Assembly: GCA_937974845.1 (NCBI GenBank)
Contig: CALJVC010000081.1
Span: 3,176 to 67,175, forward strand
Source: an uncultured Pseudogracilibacillus sp.
Lineage (GTDB): Bacteria; Bacillota; Bacilli; Bacillales; Amphibacillaceae
DNA length: 64,000 nucleotides
Direction of reading: 5' to 3'
A program made the position numbers and the translations under genes. Below, piece after piece: positions 63,976-64,000 of the stretch; position 1 is the first letter of the stretch; each line of letters begins with the position of its first letter. The notes beneath the pieces were generated by a model. That model was not told where the DNA came from. It saw nothing but the letters and a program-made list of their open reading frames with translations, and did not search any database.

Positions 63976-64000
63976 ATCCCATCCAAGATACGGATGGGAT
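63976..64000 (+). terminator. probable terminator hairpin of metY, cut by window end
   Basis: ATCCCATCC-AAGATAC-GGATGGGAT. Any T tract would lie beyond the window. Confidence 0.4.

Overview
Low-GC Firmicute (Bacillaceae-like) chromosomal segment. It is transcribed almost entirely on the minus strand and is largely syntenic with the origin-proximal ywl-ywk-ywj-ywi-ywh-ywf-ywd block of Bacillus subtilis. I support about 52 protein genes. These are: a partial ltaS; a T-box-controlled ilvB-ilvN-ilvC unit, then a terminator, then leuB-leuC-leuD-ilvA (no leuA); upp, glyA, ywlG, rpiB; an MCP gene; ywlE, mntP, tsaC; spoIIR, prmC, prfA, rpmE, rho; glpX, murA, tal, fba, pyrG, rpoE; an acyl-CoA module (icmF, TetR, two acyl-CoA dehydrogenases, hbd, thiolase, ywjF-type Fe-S oxidoreductase); argS, ywiB, a class A PBP, ywhD, ywfO, lipL, ywdK, ywdI, aspA, a TerC protein behind a yybP-ykoY (Mn) riboswitch, pgcA, a cation/proton antiporter, an M29 aminopeptidase, cls, rarD, and a SAM-riboswitch-controlled metY with an extra C-terminal domain. 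No rRNA, tRNA, CRISPR-cas, transposase or prophage genes are visible. The main unexplained signal is a family of three ORF-free arrays at about 1910-2490, 14499-14998 and 42339-42685. They contain 14, 12 and 8 tandem palindromic units built from TGTAWACA-type half-sites. The spacing is strict: 21-22 bp within a unit, and 19-20 bp or exactly 29 bp between units. All three arrays share one plan, with 41-bp units, then exactly two 51-bp units, then 41-bp units. All three have the same orientation, and each starts just downstream of the intrinsic terminator of a minus-strand gene. I do not recognise this as any described repeat, CRISPR, iteron or REP family. Secondary observations: an Ile-type (AUC) specifier in the ilv T-box, absence of leuA, an ilvA with no canonical start codon, the metY fusion, and several synteny breaks relative to B. 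subtilis.
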